Shown in pieces: positions 1-10,568 of a stretch of 64,000 nt of DNA; position 1 is the stretch's first letter, and every line of letters begins with the position of its first letter. The DNA is from Candidatus Bathyarchaeia archaeon. Its GTDB lineage: Archaea > Thermoproteota > Bathyarchaeia > Bathyarchaeales > Bathycorpusculaceae. The translations under genes were made by a program, and so were the position numbers. The DNA is taken from assembly GCA_050012255.1 (NCBI GenBank), contig JBEKHN010000001.1, positions 64,001-128,000 of the forward strand, in the 5' to 3' direction. The notes under the pieces are model-generated. The model saw only the letters and a list, made by a program, of their open reading frames with translations, made no database searches and had not been told where the DNA came from.

Positions 1-264
1 TCCCCAGGACTTCCACCGTTCATTGAGAGCGCTTACTACATGGGAAACGCAACTCTGTCCTCGAGCACAAACCCTGGGTCAAATCCATCCTTCCTACAAT
101 TAACAGTAAAATTGGTTGGAACCTCAAACTCAGTGACAACCACGGTTATCTTAGGATCCAATGTTCTTTGGCAGCAATCCATCTTCGTGAGCAATTCAAC
201 GAACGCATGCGTCAGCGCCCAAAAGTTTTCGAATGGAACAATATTGCTAAAGTTCGGAGGATAG
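1..264 (+). CDS. 3' part of a pilin-locus surface protein (5'-truncated by the window edge)
   Basis: Frame is open from base 1 to TAG at 262-264; S/T/N-rich product; GGAGG SD leads into the next gene. Confidence 0.6.
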   Translation, partial: SPGLPPFIESAYYMGNATLSSSTNPGSNPSFLQLTVKLVGTSNSVTTTVILGSNVLWQQSIFVSNSTNACVSAQKFSNGTILLKFGG

Positions 265-274
265 GAGGACAAAA

Positions 275-1492
275 ATGACTGGCGCAACGATCGATCACAT
301 TGTTTCCCTCACAGTTTTGCTAGGAGCAATACTTCTTTTCGTGAGTCTTTTCAACCAGACCATACAAACTGCAATTCTGTACCAGAGCCACAGAAATCTC
401 GCAACCAAATGCAGTGACCTGCTCGATAACATGCTTCTCAACCCTGGCAGTCCACTTGACTCGGCAAACACGACGTTCTGGGGAACAACAAACAGCATCC
501 CCACGACTTTCGGCCTACAAGACCCAGAATTCACGCAGTACGCGCTCAGCCCATTTTCACTCATGCGACTCAACTATTCGTCGGCAAACCCGCTGTACTA
601 TCCCATGACCAAAATGTACTACAGCAACCTTACTGTTGGATTCGGAAAATCGCTACTTGTGCCTTTCAACGAAGTCGTCAACTACTCAACCGTGGCAGGA
701 CTACTTGGAATAAACGGAACCTACGGGTTTAGCCTTACCATAACTCCGATACTAACAGTTAGCATAAGTCGAGCGTCGGATACTCCATTAAACCTAATCG
801 TTAGCGTAACCGGAAACGGTTACCCCCTTGCTAACGCCAACGTGAGCTACTGTCTCGTCAACGTCACAGGTCAGGCCCAATATCCATCCTACAACATCAC
901 TAGTGGCACTGGTGTGACGAATAGCCAAGGTCAGGCTTTCCTGAGTTTTTCAGGCTTCGATGGAACAAACACCTCATACGCCATAATCGCGTATGCCCGC
1001 TCAAGCGGACTGGTCGGAGCCGGAGATTACGAACACATTTTCTACAACAACAATTATCCAATACCTTATCCAGTACCCCTCATTGCTGATTTCAGCAACG
1101 GAAGCGTGCTTCTCGCTAACAGTGCAGACTTCCCGTACGGAGGAAATAACCAAACAATCGCTTACAACGCAACTTTTGTTCTGCTAGCCCAAGACTTCAC
1201 CTTACGCGAAATGCCTCTTTCCAATCGCACCGGAAACATCAGTCCAGGCGCTTACAGCAATATCGTAGTCCCAACAAACAACACCGGCATTCTAGCCATC
1301 ACGTACAACAATTCTGGCATCGTGTTGATGCCGTGGGGAGTAAGCTCCATGTCTTTTCCAGTGGTTTTCGGAGCGAACCCGCTTGCAAAAGACTGGGTTG
1401 CCACAGACACACGTCTAGTCACAGTCGGCGGCGTCTCCTATCAGGCAAAACTTGCATTGTGGAGTCTGCAGGGTTATCAGGTGGTGAGCTAG
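275..1492 (+). CDS. Pilin-like/membrane-anchored surface protein
   Basis: N-terminal hydrophobic helix (MTGATIDHIVSLTVLLGAILLF), many N-X-S/T sequons, in an operon upstream of a pilin and prepilin peptidase. Confidence 0.6.
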   Translation: MTGATIDHIVSLTVLLGAILLFVSLFNQTIQTAILYQSHRNLATKCSDLLDNMLLNPGSPLDSANTTFWGTTNSIPTTFGLQDPEFTQYALSPFSLMRLNYSSANPLYYPMTKMYYSNLTVGFGKSLLVPFNEVVNYSTVAGLLGINGTYGFSLTITPILTVSISRASDTPLNLIVSVTGNGYPLANANVSYCLVNVTGQAQYPSYNITSGTGVTNSQGQAFLSFSGFDGTNTSYAIIAYARSSGLVGAGDYEHIFYNNNYPIPYPVPLIADFSNGSVLLANSADFPYGGNNQTIAYNATFVLLAQDFTLREMPLSNRTGNISPGAYSNIVVPTNNTGILAITYNNSGIVLMPWGVSSMSFPVVFGANPLAKDWVATDTRLVTVGGVSYQAKLALWSLQGYQVVS

Positions 1493-1493
1493 A

Positions 1494-2837
1494 ATGATGC
1501 GAACCATAGAGGTTCTGCTCGTAATCGTCATCATCACAGGAGCCTCAATAATAGCTTCGTTCTTTGCGTTCCTGCCTCAGCCACAGCAAGTTTCACCGAT
1601 AAATCTCCGAAGACTAGCATTGACGACGCTCGAAATGTTAGACTCTGACCATGACCTCAGCCAAACAGTCTTCACGGCACTTAATGACCCATCATGGGGC
1701 CAACTTCAAACTGCGCTTTCCGCCAGCCTGCCCCCAAACATCGTCTACAATTTAACCGTCTACGACGCGTCAACCGGAGGAACCCAGCTCTACAGCATGG
1801 TCAATTCGATCTCGAACGCGCAGAGCTTGGGCATAAGCTCCGACGTTGCTACTTACCTGGTTGCTTCCTCAAACGCGACTTTCAATTCCACCCCCGAGAA
1901 AATCGGTGAACATGGAGGCGGAGGAACACTCTACATATTGAATTGCAGCGACTCTAACGGATGGTGGATCACAGGATACACAGCGCAAACGTTGGCTCAA
2001 GACTTATACAACCTACTTTCACCGTATTTTCAGGTGACAATAATGGTCCAAAACACGACCCAGCTTGGACAAATATTGAATGGAACGAAGATATCCGCCT
2101 CACCCTACGAAAACATTACCAGCGCAGTGGTGGTAAACACGAATGGAGAAGCAGTGCCAATTCCCTCTGGCTTCTACGCGACGGCAGGTTATGACACGGT
2201 ACACAGTTCATATGCAAAATACTCATTCATGTTGGGAAACGCGACTAACTACTACAACTGGACATGGGTAAGCATAGTGGGGTATCCACTGTATTATGTG
2301 AGTAATACAGGTCTATTTCCGAATAATCAGAACGGTTGGGGAATCTATGGAATGATGGGCGTTGGCGCTTCGGGGTTGAATGCCTTTCTTGAAGGGCTAA
2401 ACAAGTCGTCGTATAGCTACGACGATACATGGATCACTAATGACAGCGACCATGTCCCAGGATTAGCGAACGTCTGGCTTTCATCAGAAGCATCGTATTA
2501 CTGCAACTACTACGGCATTTATCCTTCCCCCTACCAGACTGCAACAAGAGCCTTGCCAGTTTCGATACTGAACAAATACAATCTGACCGTGACATCATAC
2601 ATTCTGCAGCAGGTAGGCACATGGCTTCCTGGGGCATTCTACAAGCATGTCGATCCCAACTCAGGTGCTTTCTCAGGTGCTTTCTTAGCTCTAGGCTTGG
2701 CGAGGACACCTGATATTAGGCTAACGGCTCTTGGACTTCTCTGCAGTTACAAGCCCAGGCTCTTTCCTTCTCAGTACGGTGCCAGTGGAACCTCAAGGCT
2801 CGTAGTCTTGCAACTCGGGCAAGTTGGAGGAGTTTAG
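1494..2837 (+). CDS. Pilin-like surface protein
   Basis: MMRTIEVLLVIVII N-terminus resembles a class III signal with an early Glu; sequon-rich; coupled to neighbouring genes. Confidence 0.6.
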   Translation: MMRTIEVLLVIVIITGASIIASFFAFLPQPQQVSPINLRRLALTTLEMLDSDHDLSQTVFTALNDPSWGQLQTALSASLPPNIVYNLTVYDASTGGTQLYSMVNSISNAQSLGISSDVATYLVASSNATFNSTPEKIGEHGGGGTLYILNCSDSNGWWITGYTAQTLAQDLYNLLSPYFQVTIMVQNTTQLGQILNGTKISASPYENITSAVVVNTNGEAVPIPSGFYATAGYDTVHSSYAKYSFMLGNATNYYNWTWVSIVGYPLYYVSNTGLFPNNQNGWGIYGMMGVGASGLNAFLEGLNKSSYSYDDTWITNDSDHVPGLANVWLSSEASYYCNYYGIYPSPYQTATRALPVSILNKYNLTVTSYILQQVGTWLPGAFYKHVDPNSGAFSGAFLALGLARTPDIRLTALGLLCSYKPRLFPSQYGASGTSRLVVLQLGQVGGV

Positions 2838-2838
2838 C

Positions 2839-5800
2839 ATGAACAACAAAGGCCAGTTCTCAATAATCGCGGCTTTGCTTGTGGCAGTAATCCTCATCAC
2901 AACAGTCATAGTCACTTACTCCACAATTCGCAGCAGTCCAGTCCAAAATCAGCCACCGATCCTAAACGCGATAGACGAAACAAATCTTGCAATCAAACAA
3001 ATTCTGGGTTTCACAGTAGGCTACTACGGCTCTGTTCTACAAATCACTGGAAACGTGTCATACGCAAACGCTTCAGCAACAAATTACCTTCAATCCGGAC
3101 TGCAAAACATAGCAAATATGCATCCTGAATGGGGAACGTCACTCAACTTAAGCAGGTCTGCACTTCAAGCGTATTGGTTCGCGAGCACAAGCTACAGCAG
3201 CGGAAACTTAACTGTAAACTACGACTTGCCAGGGCTTGGAATTCTAGGTGTAAACTACCAGACTTCTTGCAAACTAGGCGTCCAGACCATCAACATCACT
3301 ACAGGGCAAGCATGCCTGAACATAACCCAAGACCAGAATCAACCTCTGGTAACCCTTGGAAAACAGAACTTCAACTTTTATCACTACAACAACGCTAGTT
3401 CAACTTGGGAACTCGTAAATCCAAACACAGAACCAACAGCGTACGCAAATGGCACATATTACGTTGACGTGCCATTTGGAATAAACCCTTACTCCTACGT
3501 TGTTCAAGTTCAAGACCAAAGAGGAATCATTGTTGTGGCCTCTTCATTCAACAGTTACACTGCCGCATTGACATGGAACTCCACATCAGCCGCTTCGACT
3601 CAAACACTCTATGCACATCAAGAGACGACAACAATCGGCGGCTCAAGCTACTATCTGTTGAAAAATAGTAGTGCTGACGCTTCTGGAATAACGCTCAACG
3701 CCAGCGCAGGAAGCACAGGAAGGAAACTGATGGGCAAATTTGTTTATCCGCTAACAGGCGTTTCCTCTGTACCCGCAAGCACGTGGACAACCTACTATCA
3801 AGCCTACACCACGGCCTCCAACATGTATTCTCTTGATGCCACTGGAGGGTACATGAAAATTGGAAATGGAACACCTAATTGGGGCTCGACAGCTGGTACC
3901 ATTTCATTCTGGGTTAAATGGAACACCGTCGCCAACAGACCGTGGGGTCAAGCCGACAATATGGAAACCAAGATACCTGGATCAAACTTGGTTCTTGACT
4001 GGGGAGCCACGGCCTCAATCACGAGCACGACCAGTTTCGTTGCAGGTAAATGGTATTTTATCGCCATCGTATGGAACGAAACCGCGCACACCCTCCTCCT
4101 ATACGTTGGAGACCAAAACAGCATCCCTGCACTAGACACTCAAAACACCTCCTGGACAACCAAAGTATCGACAGCAGGTGTCACAGAAAACGATTTTATG
4201 GCGTCAAAAGGGGGTAATCAACCCCTAAATGGGTACGGAGACGACTTAAGGTACTGGAACGTTGATAGAAGCCTGGCATCGATTCAAGGCGATTACAAAG
4301 CCGAACTCACCGGCTCTGAACCAAACCTCAAGTCATACTTCAAGCTAAACAACAATTTCACCGACACGGGACCGAACCACAACAATGGTTCTGGTTCAGG
4401 AAGCTACTCGTTCTCCTCCGATGTACCATTCACCACTTCGTCAGCAGTGCATGCCAACGTAGACATCTTGATCAAGGCATCAAATGGGACGGTCAGACAA
4501 ACAGTAGCTCAATACGTAGCAAACTCAAGCAATCTCGCAGGTTCATGGTCTACGCTCTCAGGAACCTACTCTTGGTCAAATTACACAGTTGTTAATCAGA
4601 CTGACTACCTAGAAATTGACTATTACGTAGACGTTACATCAGCAGGAGGAGGAACAGCCTATCTCAGGATAGATGACGCAACCCTAGCACTAAGTAATCA
4701 AACAAGAACAACCAATATACTCCTGCCACTAAACCTGTACTCTTTGTCACGACAAGAAACGATCGTCGTAGAGCTACTGCAAGACGGGACGATGCGGTGG
4801 CTTGGACAAAACCTAGTACTCACGAATTCTAATTCAACGTTGCCCTTTCCTCCTGTGCCTGTAAAATCGATCCACGTTAACGAGACCATAAACGGCGTGA
4901 ACCGCGAGGTTCCGTTCCAAATAGAAGATTGGTCTTCGGCATATCATGTTCCACTCGGCCTTACGAGTAACATGAGCCTTTTCAGCGGTAGGACAATGCT
5001 CGTCTTCCTCGCGACTCCAAGTGCTTCAAAAGTCATGATATGGTGGAATGGAAGCGACACGGCCACTCAGACGCCTTATGCTTACACGAACAGATATTTC
5101 AGCGATTCGCCTAGTTCCGGAAGACTCTCAAACGGCCTCACAACGCTTCAGTTTCAGAGTAACTTCGTCGTGACTTCCACAGTCGGAAGCTCATCAAGTA
5201 CGGCCAACTTCATGCGAATCAACACAAATTCAAGCGGATATGGATCACCTTTATCATACGTAATAACTAGTGGAACGGTAAGAGATATAGTCCATCAGGA
5301 AGCCGAATGGTCCAATGGTGTCACCAACCCTAATTGCTCAGACATTTATTCTGATATTGTGTTAACTCTGCCAGCTAATGCAACGTACTATACGTATCAG
5401 CTGAGTTTGATGTTCGTACAGTCGCAGCAGAACAGAACGATCAACTACTTATGCCCAGTCTGGTTGACTTCGCTGACCGGTCAAGTGCAAACCGAGAATG
5501 GAACTACAAACGGCTTGCCGAATGTTTCAAACGCGTCAGATCTGTTCTACAACTACTCAGCCTCAGCTTGGGCCCATCATTGGAGCCAGTCAATCTCGGG
5601 AACAAATGGCACAGGAATAATGTTCACCGACAATGCCAATCAGAACCTTTACCTCTTCGATAACATTAAAGGAAACCAGACAGGCGCCTTAGGAGCAAAC
5701 TCCACACCCCAGACAATTCAGCTATTGCCGGTGACAAGGACCACGGTGAGCTTCAACCAAACATTAGATCCCCGCATGCAAGACATCATATGGTACGGTG

Positions 5801-5925
5801 CAATCGCAACATTCAACGCCACAACGACCCCGATCTACAACAATACCGATCAAACAGGCCTGTGGATAATCGTCGAGTACCCACCAACAGTTGCAGTAAC
5901 AGGAGAGAACAATCAGCTATCATAG
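2839..5925 (+). CDS. Large pilin-like adhesin with LamG/concanavalin A-like domain
   Basis: MNNKG/QFSIIAALLVAVILI class III-like signal, ATG 2839 after GGAGG; LamG motifs GTISFWVKW, GKWYFIAIVWN, GDDLRYWN. Confidence 0.7.
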   Translation: MNNKGQFSIIAALLVAVILITTVIVTYSTIRSSPVQNQPPILNAIDETNLAIKQILGFTVGYYGSVLQITGNVSYANASATNYLQSGLQNIANMHPEWGTSLNLSRSALQAYWFASTSYSSGNLTVNYDLPGLGILGVNYQTSCKLGVQTINITTGQACLNITQDQNQPLVTLGKQNFNFYHYNNASSTWELVNPNTEPTAYANGTYYVDVPFGINPYSYVVQVQDQRGIIVVASSFNSYTAALTWNSTSAASTQTLYAHQETTTIGGSSYYLLKNSSADASGITLNASAGSTGRKLMGKFVYPLTGVSSVPASTWTTYYQAYTTASNMYSLDATGGYMKIGNGTPNWGSTAGTISFWVKWNTVANRPWGQADNMETKIPGSNLVLDWGATASITSTTSFVAGKWYFIAIVWNETAHTLLLYVGDQNSIPALDTQNTSWTTKVSTAGVTENDFMASKGGNQPLNGYGDDLRYWNVDRSLASIQGDYKAELTGSEPNLKSYFKLNNNFTDTGPNHNNGSGSGSYSFSSDVPFTTSSAVHANVDILIKASNGTVRQTVAQYVANSSNLAGSWSTLSGTYSWSNYTVVNQTDYLEIDYYVDVTSAGGGTAYLRIDDATLALSNQTRTTNILLPLNLYSLSRQETIVVELLQDGTMRWLGQNLVLTNSNSTLPFPPVPVKSIHVNETINGVNREVPFQIEDWSSAYHVPLGLTSNMSLFSGRTMLVFLATPSASKVMIWWNGSDTATQTPYAYTNRYFSDSPSSGRLSNGLTTLQFQSNFVVTSTVGSSSSTANFMRINTNSSGYGSPLSYVITSGTVRDIVHQEAEWSNGVTNPNCSDIYSDIVLTLPANATYYTYQLSLMFVQSQQNRTINYLCPVWLTSLTGQVQTENGTTNGLPNVSNASDLFYNYSASAWAHHWSQSISGTNGTGIMFTDNANQNLYLFDNIKGNQTGALGANSTPQTIQLLPVTRTTVSFNQTLDPRMQDIIWYGAIATFNATTTPIYNNTDQTGLWIIVEYPPTVAVTGENNQLS

Positions 5926-6378
5926 CACGCTTGTTCCTCTACGCGCTGACGACGGATTTCAAGTTCTAGTGCGTGTGTGCCTTTCCAAATTCCCCTTTTT
6001 CAAACGCGATAAAGTGAGCCTGAGCAAGCAAGCCTGCTTAACGTTGAATCGTATTTGGATCATATATTAGACCCGGGGGAGGGAGAGTCAGAGCACACGC
6101 AAACCGGAAACCCGAGAAACTCGAATTGCATGTATGCACTTTCCCCAATTGCCCTTTTCAACTGTGATAGAGTTGAAGCCGCGTCACGCCCTCTAAGCGA
6201 TGCTTGTCCGATCCAATACAAATCATCGTCCGCATGCTCAGCAATGCTAGAAAAACAAACTGCCTCACAGACGAATTTGGGAACATGCATGCGCGCTTCA
6301 CAGTTATTTCGAATGTGGATTCCGAGTTCATACGAGTTAAATAATGAATAGCGAGATTTGCTATACACACAAGGGTGA

Positions 6379-6822
6379 ATGTGTTTGACAGCTAAAACGG
6401 CGAAGTCGAAAAGAGCCATATCACCAATACTTGCGACTCTGCTACTGGTAGTCATAGCGGTGGCGGCGATAGTCGTAACATACGCTTGGATCATGACTTA
6501 CATGAACAGCGCTGCAAACCGGGCAGGTGTCATACTGACCTCGGCAAACGTCAATTTCTACGGAACCTTAAATGACAAAATAGATATTGACATAGAAAAC
6601 GCAGGAACTTCTGACGCACATATAATCCAAGTCTACGTTGGGACATCATCCTCAAGGTTGCAGAACCTAACGAGCTTATCTCTTCCGGTAACGTGCGCGG
6701 CAGGCCACGTAGAGAGAATTACGGTAGACTATAACTGGACATCAGGCGCAACATATTACTTCAAAGTCATAGCTCAAGAGCAGATCCTAGGACCATGGGC
6801 ACAGCAAGAACAAGCCTCTTAG
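6379..6822 (+). CDS. Archaeal type IV pilin
   Basis: Canonical class III signal KSKRA/ISPILATLLLVVIAVAA; C-terminal NAGTSD and GATYYFKV features typical of archaeal pilins. Confidence 0.85.
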   Translation: MCLTAKTAKSKRAISPILATLLLVVIAVAAIVVTYAWIMTYMNSAANRAGVILTSANVNFYGTLNDKIDIDIENAGTSDAHIIQVYVGTSSSRLQNLTSLSLPVTCAAGHVERITVDYNWTSGATYYFKVIAQEQILGPWAQQEQAS

Positions 6823-6930
6823 AAAAACCGAAAACTCCGCCAAAAAGATTCGCAACGCTTCTTATGCCGACACATCCTAATTATTAAATATCCAGAGCAA
6901 TAACGACAGAAGGTCCGCAACGGTGTCGCT

Positions 6931-7740
6931 GTGCAAATGATAATTGACTTAGCAAGATCAACGACAGTTTTGCTCTTTCTGCTTTATGCTTCTTGGAGTG
7001 ACTACAAATCCCGCGAAGTAAGCGACAGCGTTTGGCTGTTGCTGGCCCCTTTATCTTTCGCACTCACATCTGCAGAACTCTTTCTCTATGAACCGTCACA
7101 GCTGATCGCATATGGTACATGCTTCGGTTTAACCGCCGCCTTCGCAATAGTGCTCTATTACTCAGGCGGCTTCGGAGGGGCAGACGCAAAAGCCCTCATG
7201 TGCCTGGCGCTCGCCTTGCCCTTCTATCCTGAGAACCTGCTGACACCGTTAGCAGGTCAGCCTTCACCGATCTCAAGAACCTTCTTCCCAATAACCGTTT
7301 TCAGCAACTCGGTACTGTTCGCCGCACTGACGGCAATAGCAATCCTGCTCTACAATGTGTCTTCACGCCTTAGAACTCGACAACCCCTGTTTGAAGGAGA
7401 CCACAAGAATGAATCTCTTGGAAAGAAGATCCTGGTCTTAATCACAGGGTACAAAGTTTCCATCAACAAGTTGAAAGAGAAGTGGCACGTGTATCCCATG
7501 GAGGACGTGGAAGAAAACGCAGAGAGAAGCTTCAAGAGAAAACTGATCATCTTACCTAAGGACGAGGGTAGAAACGAGATCATTGAAAGATTGGATAAAG
7601 CCATCGAGGCTGGAAGTATGAGAGATAAGGTTTGGGCTACCCCGGGCCTCCCCATGCTCATATTCGTCACAGCAGGTCTGATAGTAGCCTTGTTTGGGGG
7701 TGACATCGTCTGGGTGTGCATACGCCTCATTCTCGGCTAA
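6931..7740 (+). CDS. pibD: Prepilin/prearchaellin peptidase (A24, PibD/FlaK family)
   Basis: ASWSDYKSREV and GGFGGADAKAL catalytic Asp motifs; C-terminal VWATPGLPM. Confidence 0.9.
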   Translation: MQMIIDLARSTTVLLFLLYASWSDYKSREVSDSVWLLLAPLSFALTSAELFLYEPSQLIAYGTCFGLTAAFAIVLYYSGGFGGADAKALMCLALALPFYPENLLTPLAGQPSPISRTFFPITVFSNSVLFAALTAIAILLYNVSSRLRTRQPLFEGDHKNESLGKKILVLITGYKVSINKLKEKWHVYPMEDVEENAERSFKRKLIILPKDEGRNEIIERLDKAIEAGSMRDKVWATPGLPMLIFVTAGLIVALFGGDIVWVCIRLILG

Positions 7741-7865
7741 TAACGACCGACAACAGGCACCACACCTTTAAGCGCCGTGGAAGATGTTGGAATGTCGCCT
7801 AATTTTTAAAGGAGCAGGTCCTCTTCATCAATGGATCAGTTCGATACTTCAGGTGACGTTGAAGC

Positions 7866-9227
7866 TTGCCAAAATTGTTCGGCAGCTCAGGGGTGCGCGG
7901 CCTAGTTAACGTCGACCTCACACCAGTCCTGGCAGCCCAGATAGGCATGGCTATTGCAGCGTTTTCCAAGGCAAACAAGGTACTTGTTGCTCGGGACACA
8001 AGAAACTCAGGCCCAATGCTTGCAAACGCCTTGGTTTCTGGCCTTCTGTCAGGGGGAGCCAACGTCAAAGACATGGGAATCCTGCCGACCCCAGTGTTGG
8101 CTTTTCTAACTCACAGAATGGACGCAGGCGTGGGCGTGATGATTACGGCTTCACACAACCCACCTCAGTACAATGGCATAAAGATCTTCCACCGTGATAG
8201 CATGGCCTACGGTGAGCAGAGTCAGAACGCGATCGAAAAAATCATCCAAGATAAGCGCTTCAATCTGAAAGATTGGCGAGACATCGGCGACACTCAATCC
8301 GCAGACCAGTCACGCCTGTACGTTGAAATGATACGCAATGCCGTGAAACTCCGCAAAAAACGGCATTTGATAGTAGATTCAGGCTGCGGAGCAACATTCA
8401 GCCTGGCCCCCACAGTTCTAGCGTCTTTAGGCTGCAAAGTTACGGCCTTGAACTCCCAGCCAGACGAGTTTTTTCCCGCCAGAAGCCCTGAACCAAACAA
8501 AGAGTCTCTGACGTCTTTTGCCAGGACTGTCGTGGAACTGGGCGCAGATTTAGGCGTGGCTTACGACGGCGACGGTGACCGAGTGGCTTTCATAGACGAA
8601 GAGGGAAACCTAGCAGACTTTGACCGTGCACTGGCCGCTTATGCCGCGTACGTCACAAAGGAGAAGAAGGGTGGAATCGTCGTAACAAACGTTGAGGCTT
8701 CGATGTGCGTTGAAAAAATGGTAGAGCCGCATGGCGGCAAGGTTCTGAGGACAAAAGTCGGCGACATCTACCTCTCGGAAGCAATAAAAAAACAGAACGC
8801 CATTTTCGGAGGAGAACCGTGCGGAGCATGGATACATCCTCAATTCCACTACTGTCCAGACGGAATACTTTCTTCAGCCCTGCTTCTGAAAGCCCTAGAT
8901 GAAGAAGACAAGAAGTTAACAGAACTAATCTCCGAAACACCCAAGTACGAAACCCTGAGAAAAAACATGACATGCAACAATGAAGCAAAATACAGAGTCG
9001 TGAAGAAAATCGGCGAAGACTTTAGGCAGGTCTTTCCAGGAAACACCGAGCTGTCAAGAGTTGACGGTGTCCGCTTATCCTTAGAAGACGGATGGATCCT
9101 TATCAGGGCATCCGGCACCGAGCCTGTGATAAGGCTGACGGTTGAGGGTGAATCGTTAAGAACAGCAAAGAAGATAATGGAAAAAGGCGTTATGCTTGTC
9201 GAGCAGTCCGCTGGGAAAGTGAAGTAG
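7866..9227 (+). CDS. glmM: Phosphoglucosamine mutase / phosphohexomutase
   Basis: LFGSSGVRG, ITASHNP phosphoserine loop, DGDGDR, IRASGTEP. Confidence 0.92.
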   Translation: MPKLFGSSGVRGLVNVDLTPVLAAQIGMAIAAFSKANKVLVARDTRNSGPMLANALVSGLLSGGANVKDMGILPTPVLAFLTHRMDAGVGVMITASHNPPQYNGIKIFHRDSMAYGEQSQNAIEKIIQDKRFNLKDWRDIGDTQSADQSRLYVEMIRNAVKLRKKRHLIVDSGCGATFSLAPTVLASLGCKVTALNSQPDEFFPARSPEPNKESLTSFARTVVELGADLGVAYDGDGDRVAFIDEEGNLADFDRALAAYAAYVTKEKKGGIVVTNVEASMCVEKMVEPHGGKVLRTKVGDIYLSEAIKKQNAIFGGEPCGAWIHPQFHYCPDGILSSALLLKALDEEDKKLTELISETPKYETLRKNMTCNNEAKYRVVKKIGEDFRQVFPGNTELSRVDGVRLSLEDGWILIRASGTEPVIRLTVEGESLRTAKKIMEKGVMLVEQSAGKVK

Positions 9228-10496
9228 ATGAAAGCTGCGATCTTGGCCGCTGGAGAAGGAGTAAGGCTTCAGCCCATAACGGCAACCAGGCCGAAGCATC
9301 TGATAAAGGTCGGTGGAAAACCAATACTCGAACACTGCATAAACGCTTTGAAGGCTTCCGGAGTAAATGAAGCGGTCATAGTCGTCTATTACATGGCAGA
9401 TGCCATACGCGCGTATTTTGGCGACGGTAAAAAGTTTGGGTTGAAGATCGAATACGTCGAGCAAGAGGCCGTGCTTGGAACAGGCAACGCCGTAAGCGTG
9501 GTCGAACCATTTGTGCAGGAAGATTTCCTGCTCGTTAACGGAGACCTGCTCTTCGACGCTGAGGCCGTTAGGACCGTTGTCGACTTGCATCAAAAAGAAA
9601 AGCCGAAGGCCACCATGGCTGTCGTTCCTGTTGAAAATCCAGAGAACTACGGGATAGTGGAACTTGAGAATGGAGGAAGGGTAAGGCGAATAATCGAGAA
9701 ACCTGCCCGCGAAGAATCCCCATCAAACTTGGCTAACGCAGGAATCTATGTTTTTTCAACAGAGATTTTTGGTAAGCTCAAGCAGATTTCTGCTTCGGCT
9801 AGAGGTGAGATGGAAATCCCGGATGCGCTCTCACTGCTCATCAACGAGAAGACGGTGTTGGCTGCCCAGATTGCCGGCGAGCAGTGGCTTGACGTGGGAA
9901 GACCTTGGGACCTGCTGGAGGCAAACCGTTGGGCGTTGATGCGGATGAAACACAAGATAAGCGGGTTCATCGAGAATGGTGCCCACCTGATCGGACAAGT
10001 AACCGTTGCAGAAACTGCTCGCGTGCGCTCAGGAGCATACGTTGAAGGCCCAGCCTACATCGATGAAGAGAGCGATGTGGGACCAAACTGTTACATACGA
10101 CCATGCACGAGCGTCGGTAAGAGGGTGCGGGTGGGAAACGCCTGCGAGGTTAAGAACAGCATCGTGATGGACGGCACGCACATAGGCCACTTGTCATACG
10201 TTGGTGACAGCGTAATCGGTGAAAAGTGCAACATCGCTGCTGGCACGATAACCGCCAATTATCGGCTTGACGCCAAAACGGTCAGGATGATGGTGAAAGA
10301 CAAGGTTGTGGACACCGGAAGAACAAAGCTTGGAGTAGTCTTCGGAGACAACGTGAAGACCGGGATAAACGCGCTTTTCATGCCAGGCGTAAAGGTTGGA
10401 CACGACAGCTGGATCGGCCCGAACGTTCTGGTCTCACGGGACCTGCCGCCAAAAAGCGTTGTGTTGCTGAAGCAAGACTTGGAAAAAAGGACATGA
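9228..10496 (+). CDS. glmU: Bifunctional sugar-1-phosphate nucleotidylyltransferase/acetyltransferase
   Basis: ILAAGEGVRL..PKHL nucleotidyltransferase domain, hexapeptide repeats, HLSYVGDSVIG. Confidence 0.9.
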   Translation: MKAAILAAGEGVRLQPITATRPKHLIKVGGKPILEHCINALKASGVNEAVIVVYYMADAIRAYFGDGKKFGLKIEYVEQEAVLGTGNAVSVVEPFVQEDFLLVNGDLLFDAEAVRTVVDLHQKEKPKATMAVVPVENPENYGIVELENGGRVRRIIEKPAREESPSNLANAGIYVFSTEIFGKLKQISASARGEMEIPDALSLLINEKTVLAAQIAGEQWLDVGRPWDLLEANRWALMRMKHKISGFIENGAHLIGQVTVAETARVRSGAYVEGPAYIDEESDVGPNCYIRPCTSVGKRVRVGNACEVKNSIVMDGTHIGHLSYVGDSVIGEKCNIAAGTITANYRLDAKTVRMMVKDKVVDTGRTKLGVVFGDNVKTGINALFMPGVKVGHDSWIGPNVLVSRDLPPKSVVLLKQDLEKRT

Positions 10497-10568
10497 ATCA
10501 GCGAGACCTTCGGCAGCGTGCGCCGAAAACGATAAAAGCTTTGCAGACTGTTTTTCGTTCGAAGAAGC

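Noticed and set aside
5926-6378. ORFs 6055-6351 and 6060-6494 in the gap before the pilin
   Set aside because: No recognisable protein features, and one overlaps the pilin antisense; treated as intergenic
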